A stretch of 64,000 nucleotides of DNA from a virus. The notes under the pieces are model-generated. The model had not been told where the DNA came from and made no database searches. It saw nothing but the letters and a program-made list of their open reading frames with translations. A program made the position numbers and the translations under genes. The stretch is from the IMG/VR virus record IMGVR_UViG_3300050343_000281, positions 1 through 64,000 of that record, one strand, 5' to 3'. Below are positions 46,519 through 58,700 of this stretch, piece after piece (the stretch's first letter is position 1; each line of letters opens with the position of its first letter).

Positions 46519-48045
46519 ATGAAAAAAAACACAAAAGACATCAAAGATTCTGTATTAAAAACCAGAATTAAACAGGCTAATAAAAGAGCCAAAGAAGTAG
46601 AAGCTTCTCAAGGGAAAAGTGATGATATAGTTAATGATAACTATGCAGCACTTTATTCTAAAGGACTAGCTCACGATTCTACTACTATGTTAGCAAGTGA
46701 AGCTGATATTAAAGAGATCCAAATTGCATTAGAAACTGGAGAACAATCTGATTTTGACGACATTAAACTTGTAGGAGCTAGAAAACAAGCTTCTCCTCAA
46801 GGTTCTTTATCTTCAGAAATTTCTGGTGGAGATCCAGAAGGATTTTCTATGAAAAAAGCTCCAGCTCTTGATTCAAGAGAAGCTGCTGCTGAAATGGCTG
46901 AAGTTTATCTTAAAAACATAATGAGAGACAAGCCATTTAAAGATTACGAAGATGGTTCTCAAGAAATTCAAGATGCTTTAGATATTCTTAATGCATTTGG
47001 AAGTGATTTTTTAGGACTAAAAGAAAACGGATCAGTAACTCCTAAAACTCTTTTTAGAGGAACATCCCCAGGATGCTCTGTTGGCGGATACGTATCTCAA
47101 CTGTTTCTTAATGAAATTGGAGTAGGTAATTTTTCTTATGAGCCAAAAGGACCAACTAAAACTGGAATCTATGGAAATACTAAAGCTAATTATTTACAAA
47201 TCCAAAACGGTAATGTACCAGTATCTCAAACTGTTGATTCAGTTAAAAAATGCATGTTTAACGGTAGACAACTTGGTTCTACAGTTCACATTGACCTAGT
47301 TTTTCAACATTTCTATGAAGCTGCTGCTATTCTTTTAAATGCAGGTGTAGGAGCTGGTGCTCAAGTTAAGGTTGGAGCTAAAGAAGGTAACTTTTTAGGC
47401 GGACCAGTATTACTTACTACTGCAATTGCTGAAGTATCTAGACACGCTCTAAGAGCAGCTTGGGTACAAAAGTGGAGAAAAAACCAAAGATTAAGACCAG
47501 AAGCTATGGCTGCAAGAGTTGTTGCTGAAAAAGCTGGAGATATTCCTTCTGGAACAGTACATGCTGATTTAATGTCAAGTGCTATTGTAGGAGCGGTTGA
47601 AGCTTTTAACGTAGCTAACAGTGGAGATAATGCAGCATTTTTACCTCTTCAGTATGCTGAAGGTAGTCCGACGCATCCTGCATATCCTGCTGGACACGCT
47701 ACAATTTCAGGAGCTTGTGCTACTATTCTTAAGATAATGTTTGCTGATGCAAATTGGTCGACTACTGGTCTTTCTGAAGTTCAAGGTAATAGTGATGGGT
47801 CTGTTGTAGAAGCTTATTCTGGCGCAGATGCTGGACAAATTACTATCCATGGAGAAATTGACAAATTAGCACATAACGTAGCTTTAGGAAGAGACTATGC
47901 TGGAGTGCATTACAGAAGTGACTCTGAATTAGCTCTTGGAGAAAAAGTAGCTATTCAATTTTACAAGGATCAAAAAGCACTTTTCAACGAAGAAGTTGAG
48001 GAAGTTACTTTTATTGGATTTGATGGTAATCCAATTACTGTATAA
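46519..48045 (+). CDS. Vanadium-dependent haloperoxidase (PAP2 superfamily)
   Basis: KWRKNQRLRPE; EGSPTHPAYPAGHATISGAC; GRDYAGVHYRSD; ATG 46519 after AGGAG. Confidence 0.9.
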   Translation: MKKNTKDIKDSVLKTRIKQANKRAKEVEASQGKSDDIVNDNYAALYSKGLAHDSTTMLASEADIKEIQIALETGEQSDFDDIKLVGARKQASPQGSLSSEISGGDPEGFSMKKAPALDSREAAAEMAEVYLKNIMRDKPFKDYEDGSQEIQDALDILNAFGSDFLGLKENGSVTPKTLFRGTSPGCSVGGYVSQLFLNEIGVGNFSYEPKGPTKTGIYGNTKANYLQIQNGNVPVSQTVDSVKKCMFNGRQLGSTVHIDLVFQHFYEAAAILLNAGVGAGAQVKVGAKEGNFLGGPVLLTTAIAEVSRHALRAAWVQKWRKNQRLRPEAMAARVVAEKAGDIPSGTVHADLMSSAIVGAVEAFNVANSGDNAAFLPLQYAEGSPTHPAYPAGHATISGACATILKIMFADANWSTTGLSEVQGNSDGSVVEAYSGADAGQITIHGEIDKLAHNVALGRDYAGVHYRSDSELALGEKVAIQFYKDQKALFNEEVEEVTFIGFDGNPITV

Positions 48046-48098
48046 TTAAAAAATAAAAAAAGCAAAGTTGCTTCCTATTTTAACAAAAGGAGAGCCAC

Positions 48099-50342
48099 AT
48101 GGCACAACAATTAAAGAAGAAGTTTATTGCCGACAACGCAGTTGACGGTGATAAAATCAAACTACTTAAAGATCAGTCTTTAGAAATTGAAAATCAAGCT
48201 GGTCAAGTAATTAGCTTGTTACAATTAAATGCTTCTGATGAAGTTCTTATTAAAGGCGAAGCTGCTGCTACAAGAGCTTACGTTGATCAAGAAGTTAGTG
48301 CAGAAGAGACTAGAGCAATGGCTGCTGAAAGTGTTTTACAGGGCGAAATTAATGCAGAAGAAGTAGCTAGAATTGCTGCAGACTCTGCTTTACAAGATGC
48401 TGTAGATGCTGAAGTAGCTGCAAGAATTGCTGCTGACGATGTTTTAGATACTGCAATTAGTGCAGAGCAATCTAGAGCACAAGGCGAAGAAGCAAGAATT
48501 GAAGGTAAAGTAGATCAAGAAGTAATTGATAGAGCTGCTGCTGATACCACATTACAAGGTAATATAGATGCAGAAGAATCTAGAGCACTTGCTCAAGAAG
48601 CTGCTATCAGAGGCGAATTTGCTGCTGCTGATACTGCACTACATACTACTATTTCTGCAGAAATTGATGCAGATGTTTTAGTAGAAACTCAAAGAGCACA
48701 AGGTGAAGAGTCTAGAATTGAAGGTATAGTAGATCAAGAGGTTCTTGATAGAGCTGCTGCTGATACTACATTACAAAGTGCAATTGATACTGAAAAAAGT
48801 AGAATTGATGCAATTTTATCAGCTTCTACTGCAAATGCGGACAGTTTCAAAGAAATTGTTGACTTAATCAATTCAGTTGATACTGCAAACGATGACGCTT
48901 TTGCTGCCTATGTACTATCTAATAACGCTGCATTAGCTGCTGAAGTATCAGCTAGAGGGACACTAGAAGGCGAATTTGATGCTTACGTAATTTCTAACGA
49001 TGCTGCATTAGCACAAGAAGTTAGTGATAGAGCTGCTGACGTAAATGCAGAAGAAACCAGAGCACTAGCTGCTGAAGGTGTTTTACAAGGTAATATTGAT
49101 TCAGAAGCTGCTTCTAGAGCTGCTGAAGATCTATTAATGTTAAAATTAGATGGGTCTAGACCAATGGGGGCTGCTTTAGCTATGGGATCTTTTAAGATTT
49201 CAGGAATGGCAGACGGTTCTGTTGCTTCAGATGCTATTAATAAAGGTCAATTAGATGCTGCAATCGCTGGAGCTGCTTCAGACGTAACAGCTTTAGAAAA
49301 TGAGTTAACTCAAGAAATTTCTGACAGAGAAGCTGGCGACGCTGCTATAAAAGGTGTTCTGGGAGGAATGGAAGCTTATACTACTATTAAAGCTCTAAGT
49401 GACGCTGTAGAAGCTGAAGAGTCTGCTAGAGGTACTTTAGAAGGCGAGTTCGATGCTTATGTTATATCTAACGATGCTGCATTAGCACAAGAAGTTTCTG
49501 ATAGAAGTGCATTAGAAGGGGAGTTTGACGCTTATAAAATCTCTAATGATGCGGCTTTAGCTGCTGAAGTATCAGCTAGAGAAACTTTAGAAGGTGAGCA
49601 TGACGCTTATGTTATCTCAAATAATGCTGCATTAGCACAAGAAGTTTCAGCCAGAGGCTCTGCTGACAATACGCTACAAAGTAACATTGATGCTGAAGCA
49701 TCAGCTAGAATTGCTGCAGACGTTGTTTTACAAAGTGCAATTGACACTGAAAAAGGTAGAATTGATACTATCTTAGATATGTCTACTGCAGATGCGGACA
49801 GTTTCAAAGAAATTGTTGACTTAATCAATAGCGTAGATACTGAAAATGATAATTTATTTTCTGGACATGTAACAACTTATAACGCTTATGTTACTGCAAA
49901 CGACGCTAGAGTTTTAGCTGTAGAAGGCGAAGTTGATACTCTTCAGTCTGAAATGAGTGCTGTAGAAGGTAGACTTGATATAGTTGAGCCAAAAGTTTCT
50001 ACTCTAGAAATGGAAATGGACGCTGTAGAAAACAGAGCTACTACTTTAGAAGGTGAAATGGACTCTGCTGAAGGAAGATTAGACGCTATTGAAGCTGAAG
50101 TTTTCCATAAAGAGCAGTTTGTTCTTACTCAAATTCAAATAGACGCTCAAAAAGTAGTTCTTTCTAATGCTCCACAAGCTAACTCTGTAGTAGCTTTTGC
50201 GGGTAGACTAGCTCTTCACGAAGGTGCTGCTCAAGATTACGAAATGTCTGGTTCTGATTTTCAATTCAGAGGAGACATTGCTACAGCCGGAGTTTCTGCT
50301 CTTGTAGCTGGAGATGTTATTACTATAGTTTACTACAAGTAA
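48099..50342 (+). CDS. Long coiled-coil fibre protein
   Basis: Repeated E.RA.AAD/E units; duplicated ADSFKEIVDLINSVDT. Confidence 0.75.
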   Translation: MAQQLKKKFIADNAVDGDKIKLLKDQSLEIENQAGQVISLLQLNASDEVLIKGEAAATRAYVDQEVSAEETRAMAAESVLQGEINAEEVARIAADSALQDAVDAEVAARIAADDVLDTAISAEQSRAQGEEARIEGKVDQEVIDRAAADTTLQGNIDAEESRALAQEAAIRGEFAAADTALHTTISAEIDADVLVETQRAQGEESRIEGIVDQEVLDRAAADTTLQSAIDTEKSRIDAILSASTANADSFKEIVDLINSVDTANDDAFAAYVLSNNAALAAEVSARGTLEGEFDAYVISNDAALAQEVSDRAADVNAEETRALAAEGVLQGNIDSEAASRAAEDLLMLKLDGSRPMGAALAMGSFKISGMADGSVASDAINKGQLDAAIAGAASDVTALENELTQEISDREAGDAAIKGVLGGMEAYTTIKALSDAVEAEESARGTLEGEFDAYVISNDAALAQEVSDRSALEGEFDAYKISNDAALAAEVSARETLEGEHDAYVISNNAALAQEVSARGSADNTLQSNIDAEASARIAADVVLQSAIDTEKGRIDTILDMSTADADSFKEIVDLINSVDTENDNLFSGHVTTYNAYVTANDARVLAVEGEVDTLQSEMSAVEGRLDIVEPKVSTLEMEMDAVENRATTLEGEMDSAEGRLDAIEAEVFHKEQFVLTQIQIDAQKVVLSNAPQANSVVAFAGRLALHEGAAQDYEMSGSDFQFRGDIATAGVSALVAGDVITIVYYK

Positions 50343-50359
50343 TAGATATTAATTAAATT

Positions 50360-50382
50360 GGAGGGCTTTGCCCTCCTCTTTA
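50360..50382 (+). terminator. Rho-independent terminator
   Basis: GGAGGGC-TTT-GCCCTCC followed by TCTTT. Confidence 0.75.
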
Positions 50383-50400
50383 TAAAACAAAGGAATTAAA

Positions 50401-51213
50401 ATGTTAACTATAAATGGAGATTTACAAAAAGGCTCAGAAGTAGAATTTGTGCTAAATCTAAACGATCTTCTAGCACATTCTAAAGTTTCTAGTGACGGCT
50501 ATTTTTCTAATCAAGGGATTTGGGATAAAATTCTTTTAAGTTATTCTAGTGTACCTGGACTTCAAAAAGAAGTATTAGTATTTAAAGATGTAGATCTTGG
50601 TATAGATAGTTCTGCAGATTTTGGAGTATTTTCAAATGCTAGGGATAGTTTTTTTATAAAAAGCTTAACAATTTTAGACAAACAAGGTGGATATTTACAG
50701 ATAAAAAGAGATGAGCTAACAGTAGCTGATTTTGACATTCATCTAGGAGACGCTCCATTAGAGTTTAATGGTTTTAGCGGAGTAGGGTCTAATGATGTTG
50801 AAATAAACTTAATAGATACTATTCAAAGTGATATTGTAACCCTTCAAAATGAAGTAAATACACTTAAACAAAGTCCTACAGCTCCTGGTAATTTAGTAGA
50901 CGCTGCTGAAATAACAAATAACCAAAGTGTTTTTGTTAACATAGCTGATGCAGTATTACCAGAAGGAACTAAAACTGCTATATTACACTATAGCGTAGAA
51001 AGATCTAATAGTGTGGATAGTTTTTTACAAATTGGAGAACTAAAAGTTGTTACCGATGGAACTAGTTTTTTTATAAACGATAGTTTTAGTGGTGATTTTG
51101 CTGGAGTAGATTTTAATATCACAAGCTCAGGTCAGATACAATATAAAAGCTCTTACATGGCTTCAATTAGCTATCAAAGTAAGTTGTATATTAAAATAGT
51201 ATCTTCTTTTTAG
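50401..51213 (+). CDS. Virion structural protein
   Basis: C-terminal domain paralogous to 15889..16671. Confidence 0.7.
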   Translation: MLTINGDLQKGSEVEFVLNLNDLLAHSKVSSDGYFSNQGIWDKILLSYSSVPGLQKEVLVFKDVDLGIDSSADFGVFSNARDSFFIKSLTILDKQGGYLQIKRDELTVADFDIHLGDAPLEFNGFSGVGSNDVEINLIDTIQSDIVTLQNEVNTLKQSPTAPGNLVDAAEITNNQSVFVNIADAVLPEGTKTAILHYSVERSNSVDSFLQIGELKVVTDGTSFFINDSFSGDFAGVDFNITSSGQIQYKSSYMASISYQSKLYIKIVSSF

Positions 51214-51310
51214 TATATAAAAAATACTAACTTAGTATCGTCCTGGATTTTTATTTTAATAATGTAATTACAAGGATTTATAGAATATTATATTCATATA
51301 ATGTTGATTT

Positions 51311-51323
51311 TTTAACAACTATA
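51311..51323 (+). promoter_or_regulatory. Putative late promoter motif
   Basis: TTTAACAACTATA. Confidence 0.75.
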
Positions 51324-51343
51324 GTACAAATAGGAGTGTACAC

Positions 51344-51703
51344 ATGAAAAAAGATAAAAGAATGAAAGGAATGGCTAAGTTAAGTCAGTTAAGTGAGCTT
51401 AGTAAAGAAATGAAAAAAATGATGGGCGATGACTATGCTAAGGGACTTCAAAAAGTTACAGTAGCATCTGACTCTCCAGAAGGTCTTAAAAAAGGACTAT
51501 CAAAAGCACAAGAAATCATGGAAAAAAAAGGTCTTATGAAAGAAGAAAAAGAAGATAAGGCTGAAGAAAAAGAAGAAGATGAAATGTGCGAAGCTTGCGA
51601 AGGAGAAGGTTGCGAAGCTTGTGAAGAACAAGAAGAAATGTCTCCAGAAGTAATTAAAAAACAAATCAAGGAACTTCAGGCAAAATTAGCTGAAATGGAG
51701 TAA
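51344..51703 (+). CDS. Charged hypothetical protein with CEACEGEGCEAC
   Basis: KVTVASDSPEGLKKGL motif; double CxxC. Confidence 0.65.
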   Translation: MKKDKRMKGMAKLSQLSELSKEMKKMMGDDYAKGLQKVTVASDSPEGLKKGLSKAQEIMEKKGLMKEEKEDKAEEKEEDEMCEACEGEGCEACEEQEEMSPEVIKKQIKELQAKLAEME

Positions 51704-51706
51704 TAG

Positions 51707-52708
51707 ATGGCAAGACCAATAATTGCCTCTAAGCTGATCAGATCAGTTAGAAATAGGGCTTTAATCCCAACAGATACTTCTACATACCAAGACCAAGATA
51801 TTCTCGATATTCTAAACGAGGAAGTTACACAAGGTCTTTTATCCACAATTATGTCTCTAAATGAAGAACATTTAGTAGACCATATCGACATTCCAATAAA
51901 CTCAACTCAAGACTTATCAAACGGTATAAAAATACCAGAAAGAGCAGTAGGTAATAAATTAAGAGAAGTTTCCTATATTAGAGAAGGAAATATATACGAA
52001 TTATCTAGAATCTCTTTAGAAGAACTTTCTGACTACAGAAATGACTTTGATAGATATAACTATAACCTAGACCTTTTTTATATAGAAGGAGATAGGATTA
52101 AATTTGTATCTAATAGAGTTAGTGCTGATTTTGTAAGAGTATATTTTTACATGATGCCTAATGATATAGTACTTGAAACAGAATGTGCTCAAATAATAAA
52201 TATACTTGATAACGGAGATGGAACTACAAAGTTAACTTTATCTACTTTTCCAGAAAGTTTATTAGCTGTAAATGGAGATTATCCTTTATATGACTTTGTT
52301 AGTCCAAAAGTTCCTAATAAAATTACAGGATTTGATGTAAAACTATTAGAAACTGAAAGTCCTATAAACCAAAACGATAAAACTATACTTTTTAAAACAG
52401 AAGATCTTCCATCTAACTTAGAAAAAAATGATTATTTATGTAAGCAATTTACCACTCCTTATCTAAACATGCCTACAGAAATGCACTCATTATTAGCACA
52501 AAGAGCTGCTATATATATCCTTGAAGCACTTGGAGATACAGAAGGCTTAAGAAACGCTGCTGCTAGATTACAGGGAATGAATGTATCTATTCAAACTGTT
52601 TTAGAAGATAGAGTAGAAGGTGCTCCACAAAAAATTAACCCAAGACACTCACCTCTTTCTCAGACATCTTGGGTTGGGACAAGAGGTAGAAATAAAGGGA
52701 GAGGATAA
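51707..52708 (+). CDS. Head-tail adaptor (tail tubular A-like)
   Basis: Helical N- and C-termini typical of adaptors; precedes the nozzle gene. Confidence 0.65.
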   Translation: MARPIIASKLIRSVRNRALIPTDTSTYQDQDILDILNEEVTQGLLSTIMSLNEEHLVDHIDIPINSTQDLSNGIKIPERAVGNKLREVSYIREGNIYELSRISLEELSDYRNDFDRYNYNLDLFYIEGDRIKFVSNRVSADFVRVYFYMMPNDIVLETECAQIINILDNGDGTTKLTLSTFPESLLAVNGDYPLYDFVSPKVPNKITGFDVKLLETESPINQNDKTILFKTEDLPSNLEKNDYLCKQFTTPYLNMPTEMHSLLAQRAAIYILEALGDTEGLRNAAARLQGMNVSIQTVLEDRVEGAPQKINPRHSPLSQTSWVGTRGRNKGRG

Positions 52709-55700
52709 TGTCTCAAAGATCCAATACCATTAAAGCTGCAGGATTATATACATTTTTATCAGAGCTACAAGCTCCAGAAGGGAGTTTAGTAAAAGCTGAT
52801 AATATAAATATAGATGAAATGGGAGTTATCACTCCTAGAAGAGGCTTTGGTGATTATGGAGAAGAACTTCCTAATACTAGTCAAACAGTTAAACAATTAT
52901 TAGAATATAAAAACAGAATACTAAGACATTATAACGGTAAGTTAGAATTTGACGATGGTAACGGAGTATTCACTCCATTCTTAGAAACTATTGAAGAAGT
53001 AGAGCCAGGTCTTAGAATAAAATCAAAACAAGTAAACAGTAATTTATATTTTACTAGTAGCGAAGGTATAAAAAAACTTTCTGCAAAAACATCAGCAGAT
53101 TTAAGTAATATTAACATTGATAATGCAGGAGTCCCAAAAGCAGTAGACCTAACTGCTAAAGTATCTCCAGCTTCTACAGCACTAGGTTTTTTACCCCCTA
53201 GATCTAAAGTAGGTTATAAAATTCTCTATGGATATAGAGATTTAAATAATGTACTTATATTAGGAGCACCTACTTCAATAACCGTTGTTACAAATGCTGA
53301 AAGAGATATTCCTACTCCAGAACAGTTTAGTATTACTTTTCAAGAAGGTACTAGTGCTGAGCAAGATTTTATAAGTACTGAAGGAATTGGAAAATACTTT
53401 ACAATATCTACATTAGATATAGACTACTATGTTTGGTATAATATAGCAGATATTGGAGACTCAGAAACGGCTACTGAAAGACCAGAAGACGAAGATACTT
53501 TTGGGAAAATACCAATTCAAGTTAATGTTAATAAAACTGACACTAATGAAAAAATAGCTGCAAAAACAGCAAACGTACTAAACAATGAATTATCTTCTCA
53601 ATTTGAAGTAATATTTTTAGGAAATAAGATTACACTAAAGAGTAAAGAAGATGGTAATATAAAAAACGCAACTAATGGAAATTTAACAGCTAATGAAATC
53701 TTACTAGAGATCATTCTAGAAGGTAATTTAATAGAAGGTAAAAACGTAAATTGCGAAATAGAAACGGTAATACCAAATACAATAGATAAAGACAGATTAC
53801 CGTTTTTTATTCAAATATATAGAACTAGATTTATAACAGCTACTGAAGATCAAGAACTTTCTGATATACTTCCAGGAGAAGAATGTAACTTGGTCCATGA
53901 AGAAGCTATAACACTAGAGCCTGGGCAAATATATACCCATATAGATGACGTAACAGAAGACTTTAGAGATAGAGGAACTCCTTTATACAATAATCCATTT
54001 TCAGGAGAAGGTCTACTACAAACCAATGAAATCCCACCTATTGCAAAGGATATAGAAAACTTTAATAACTATACCTTTTATTCCAACACAAAAACATTCC
54101 ACAGATCTCAATTTAGATTTATTTCAGTAGACGATTTTAAAAACGAAGAAACAGCTATATTTATAGGAAATGAAGATATACTTAATCAATATGTTTTTAG
54201 AGGAGTACAGGAACAAACTACAATTACTTGTGGAACAAAAGCTAATACAGCAGAGTCTGTTATTGAAGAAAATCAATTAGTTTTTAAAAACCCTAATTTA
54301 AATTATTTAAAAGATACTGCAGAGTTTCAAGTTGCGGTAGATAATGGGATAGTGTCATCGTCCAGTGCTTCTTTAGCAATTTTTGAAAATTACTTGGCAG
54401 ATGCACCATCTTTAAATACTTTAAATTTTTATGAAATAGTTAATAACCAGTTAATATTAAAAAACAATAATATAGAAATTTTTAATGAAGAAATAAAATC
54501 TATAAGCATATATCAAAACTATTTAGCAACTTTAAGCCTAAGAGGAGATCCTCCCAATACTGATGGAGTTTTACGTTTATATGAGATCATAAAAGATCCT
54601 GTTACTGAGGACATAATTCTTAATGGAGCCGGATTTTCTACTTTTGATTCTAATGTTTTATCTAATAATAGTGTGTTGTCTATTTTTAACGATACTGTGG
54701 TTCATACAAATGAAGATGGTGATAATATATTTATACATAAAATACAAAACAACACTATAAACCCTACTCCAGACCTTATAATAGATAATCAAACAATTAC
54801 TGATTTAAAAATATCTAGTTTGAGTCTTTATCAAGATTTATTATTAGTAGGAGGAGAAAAAACTTTATTAATTGATATATCTGATTTGCAGAATATAGTT
54901 ATAAAAAATGAAATTAACACTGAAATGCAAGAATCTTTTGTATCAATACAAGGATCATATGCTTTAGTATCTAATGTTTTATCTTCTGGAAGTAACGATT
55001 CTTTTACTAATGCTGGAGAGGTTAAAGTATATAAAATTAATACAAATAATCAACTAAATTTGTTAACCACTTTGTACTCTCCTATTGAAATAGATAGTGG
55101 CTCTTTTGGAAGATCTGTAGACGTTTATAACAATTATATAATAATAGGACAAAGAAAAAGAACCTTACCTTCAGGAGAAGGAAATTCATTTTTATTTAGA
55201 ATAAATAATGACGATTCTATAGAATTAATTGATGTACAAAGCTCTAGTGATGAAACGCAAACAACTTCTTTTGGAGAAATGGTAAGATTGTATGATGATA
55301 AAATAGCTGTAGGAACTACGGGACCTGTTGGAGCACCAGGCACTCATTTATTTCAAATAAAAAACAGCGAATATCTTCCAATAGAATCTACTCAACAAAA
55401 TCCAGCATATTTAAAAATATACTCAAGAGAAGACGAAAACAAATATTATTTATGGTATAATCTAGGACAGGGGGTAGATCCATCAACATTAGATAATACT
55501 TTAGAAGATTTTACTGGGATAGAGGTAAATATAACAGAAAATGACAATTTTACTGAAATACTAGAGTCAACAAAAGAAAGTCTTGAAGTATTTTCGGATT
55601 TTCAAATAAACACTGTAAATTTATTGGAAAGTTTTTTAGCAAAACAATCAACTAACATATTTAATAAAGAAAATCACGGACTTGTTACTAATACTAAAGT

Positions 55701-58700
55701 TATCTATAAAGATAAAAATTGTAATGCAATTCCGATAGATAATAACAACTTTAAGTTATATGATATAGATTCAAGCTCTGAAATTAAAGTTGGATCTATA
55801 CTAACAGAAGTATTACAAAACCCTTTAGATCACCGCCTAGAAAAAGATAATCATGGATTACAAAATGGAAACAGTGTAACTTATAATAATATAGATTACA
55901 TAGTAACTAAAGCTACTGAAAATCACTTTAAGTTATTAGAAGATGATGGCCAAGAAGTGGAAATACCAGGAATTGTTTTAGAAAATGTTACAGTTACTAG
56001 TAATGAGTTTGCAAGTAATGGTCATGGATTATTAAATAATGATTTTGTAAGACTAATAGGCACAGTAGATGATCCAAGTAAAGACGGAGAATACTTTGTT
56101 ATAAATACTATGACAGACACTTTCCAACTATCTATTACAGAAGGAGGACCTGCAGAAACATTTACTGATACGTCTAATTTAACTTTATATTCTTTGGAAG
56201 AAATAGATATACAAGTAAACGATAATTCAAGTACAATTGAAATTACTACTCCATTTAGACTTAATGTAAAAAACTCAAATGCAGGACAATCGACTGGTAT
56301 TGAAAATGTAGATCAAACCGAGGTAGAAGTTGTAAATGTTTCTCAAGGATTATCATCATATATTAATTTATATTCTGCAGAAGACACAATACATTATTAT
56401 ATTTGGTTCAATAAAGGAAATTCTATTGATCCTTTAGTAAATCAAGCTATAGGCATAGAAGTTGATATTTCTAGTGAATTAATAGCAGATAGCGAAAACG
56501 TATCTGTATATTTAAGACAAGCTTTATTAGATAATTTAGATTTTTTTGTAACACTTACAAATCCTTCTGGTGGAGTAATTGTAACTAATTCTGAAAACGG
56601 AGAGTCTACAAATTCCAGTACATTTGAAAATATTGAAACTGACATAGGTAATGGATGGGCTATTACTACGGATATTGAAGGCATAGGAGAAGATACTAGT
56701 ACTCAATCGTGTAAGTGGTCTATAAACCCATCAATAGCTATAAGCATAGAAGAAACAGCTAGGTCTTTTGTAAGAGTTGTTAATAGGGATGTAGATAGTC
56801 CAGTAAATGCATTTTATTTATCTGGAGAAGAAGACATACCAGGATTAATATTATTAGAAAATAGAAATGTAGAAGATAAACCATTTTATGTAGGAGTTAG
56901 AAATACTGGAAATATAGGCAAAGACATATCTACAGAGTTTGATCCAGCCCTGCCATTTGCAGAAGGAAAACTTGGAACTGAAATTACTGTAGGTGATATT
57001 GTTAAACTATTAGGAGAAGATATAATAAGGGTAAGTTTTGAAAAACATGGATTAAATGTAGGAGATGAAATATATTTTTATTTAGGACCAATAGACGAAC
57101 AGTCCAATGTAGATCAAATAAAACAAACTTTTACTGTTATAGAAAAAATAGAGGAAGGGATAGATCCTAATAATAATTTTTATTTGGAGTTTTCACAAAT
57201 AATAGACACCACTAACAGCCCTAGCTTTTACTTTTACAAAACAGATCAAGCTTCTGAAAACGAAGTAAAACCAAATAGGTTATATTACTCTAAGTTACTA
57301 CAACCAGAAGCAGTTCCTATTGGTAACTTTTTGGATGTAGGTAGTAGAGATTTTCCTATAGAAAGAATAATTGCATTAAGAGATACTTTGTTTGTTTTAA
57401 AAACAGACGGTATATATATGTTAACAGGATTTGGTGCTCCATTTGCAGTAAGGATATTAGATAATACTAGTAAAATAATCGCTCCAGATTCTGCAGTAGT
57501 GTTAAATAATCAAATATACTGCTTAACTGATGACGGAGTGGCTTCTATTACGGAAAGCGGAATATCTATTATATCAAGACCGATAGAAGATAGATTACTA
57601 GAAGTTACTGGGCAAGACTTTGATTTTAGACTTAGTACTTTTGCAGTACCTTACGATAACGATAAAGCATATATACTGTGGCTTCCAGTATCTTCTGAAG
57701 ACACAGTTTCTAAACAAGCCTATAGATACAACTACTATGAAAGAACTTGGACAAGATGGACAGTATCAGCTACTTCTGGAGTAGTATCAAATGATAGTAT
57801 CTTATATTTAGGTGACGGAGAACGACCATATACACTAAAAGAAAGAAAATCAAGATCTAGATTAGATTTTTCTGACATAAACTTTACTTTACAAATACCT
57901 CCTGATTCTGTAATTGGAGAAACTACTATAAGGTTGTCTAATTTTTCTAAGGTTGAAGTAGGGGATGTTTTAGTACAAGAACAATACGTTACAATTGACG
58001 TATATAATAATTTATTACTAAAACTAGATTTAGATCCCTTAGTAATTCCAGATGAAAATGAAAAATACGAAGCAATAAAAGCTGCTCCAGGAGATAACAT
58101 ATCTACAAAATTAGATCAACTTGAACAAAAACTAATATCAGATGGGATAAATATATCCGATAGAACATGGATACCATCTGCTCAAGATCTTGAAACTAGT
58201 ACATTTGCAGAATATATTAGGGATGAATTTAATGCATTTATAGATGAGTTGAATAACGAAAATAGTGGAACACAGTATAAAACTTATTCAAAAGCTAATC
58301 AGTTAATTCAATATGAATCTATAGTAGATAGCAAAAATACAAAAAGACCTGACTTAAATCGAATATCTGTTTTAATGCCTCATAGATTTTTTGAAGGAGA
58401 TATAGAAATATATAAAGCTATAAAAGCAGAAATACAATGGAATCCATTACATTTTGGAGATCCATCAGCCCAAAAGCAATTTAGTAAAGGTACGGTAATA
58501 GTAGATCAAAATAATTTTACAAAAGCAACTGTTTCTTATTCTTCAGATGTCTCGCAAGGATTTGTGGACATAGAAAAACAAGGTAAGGGAGTCGGATATT
58601 TTTCTTCTGGAAATTACGGAGATTCTAATTTGTATTGGGGAGGAGATGGAAATGATGTTCCATTGTTGAATATCATTCCTAGAGAAAAACAAAGAGGAAG

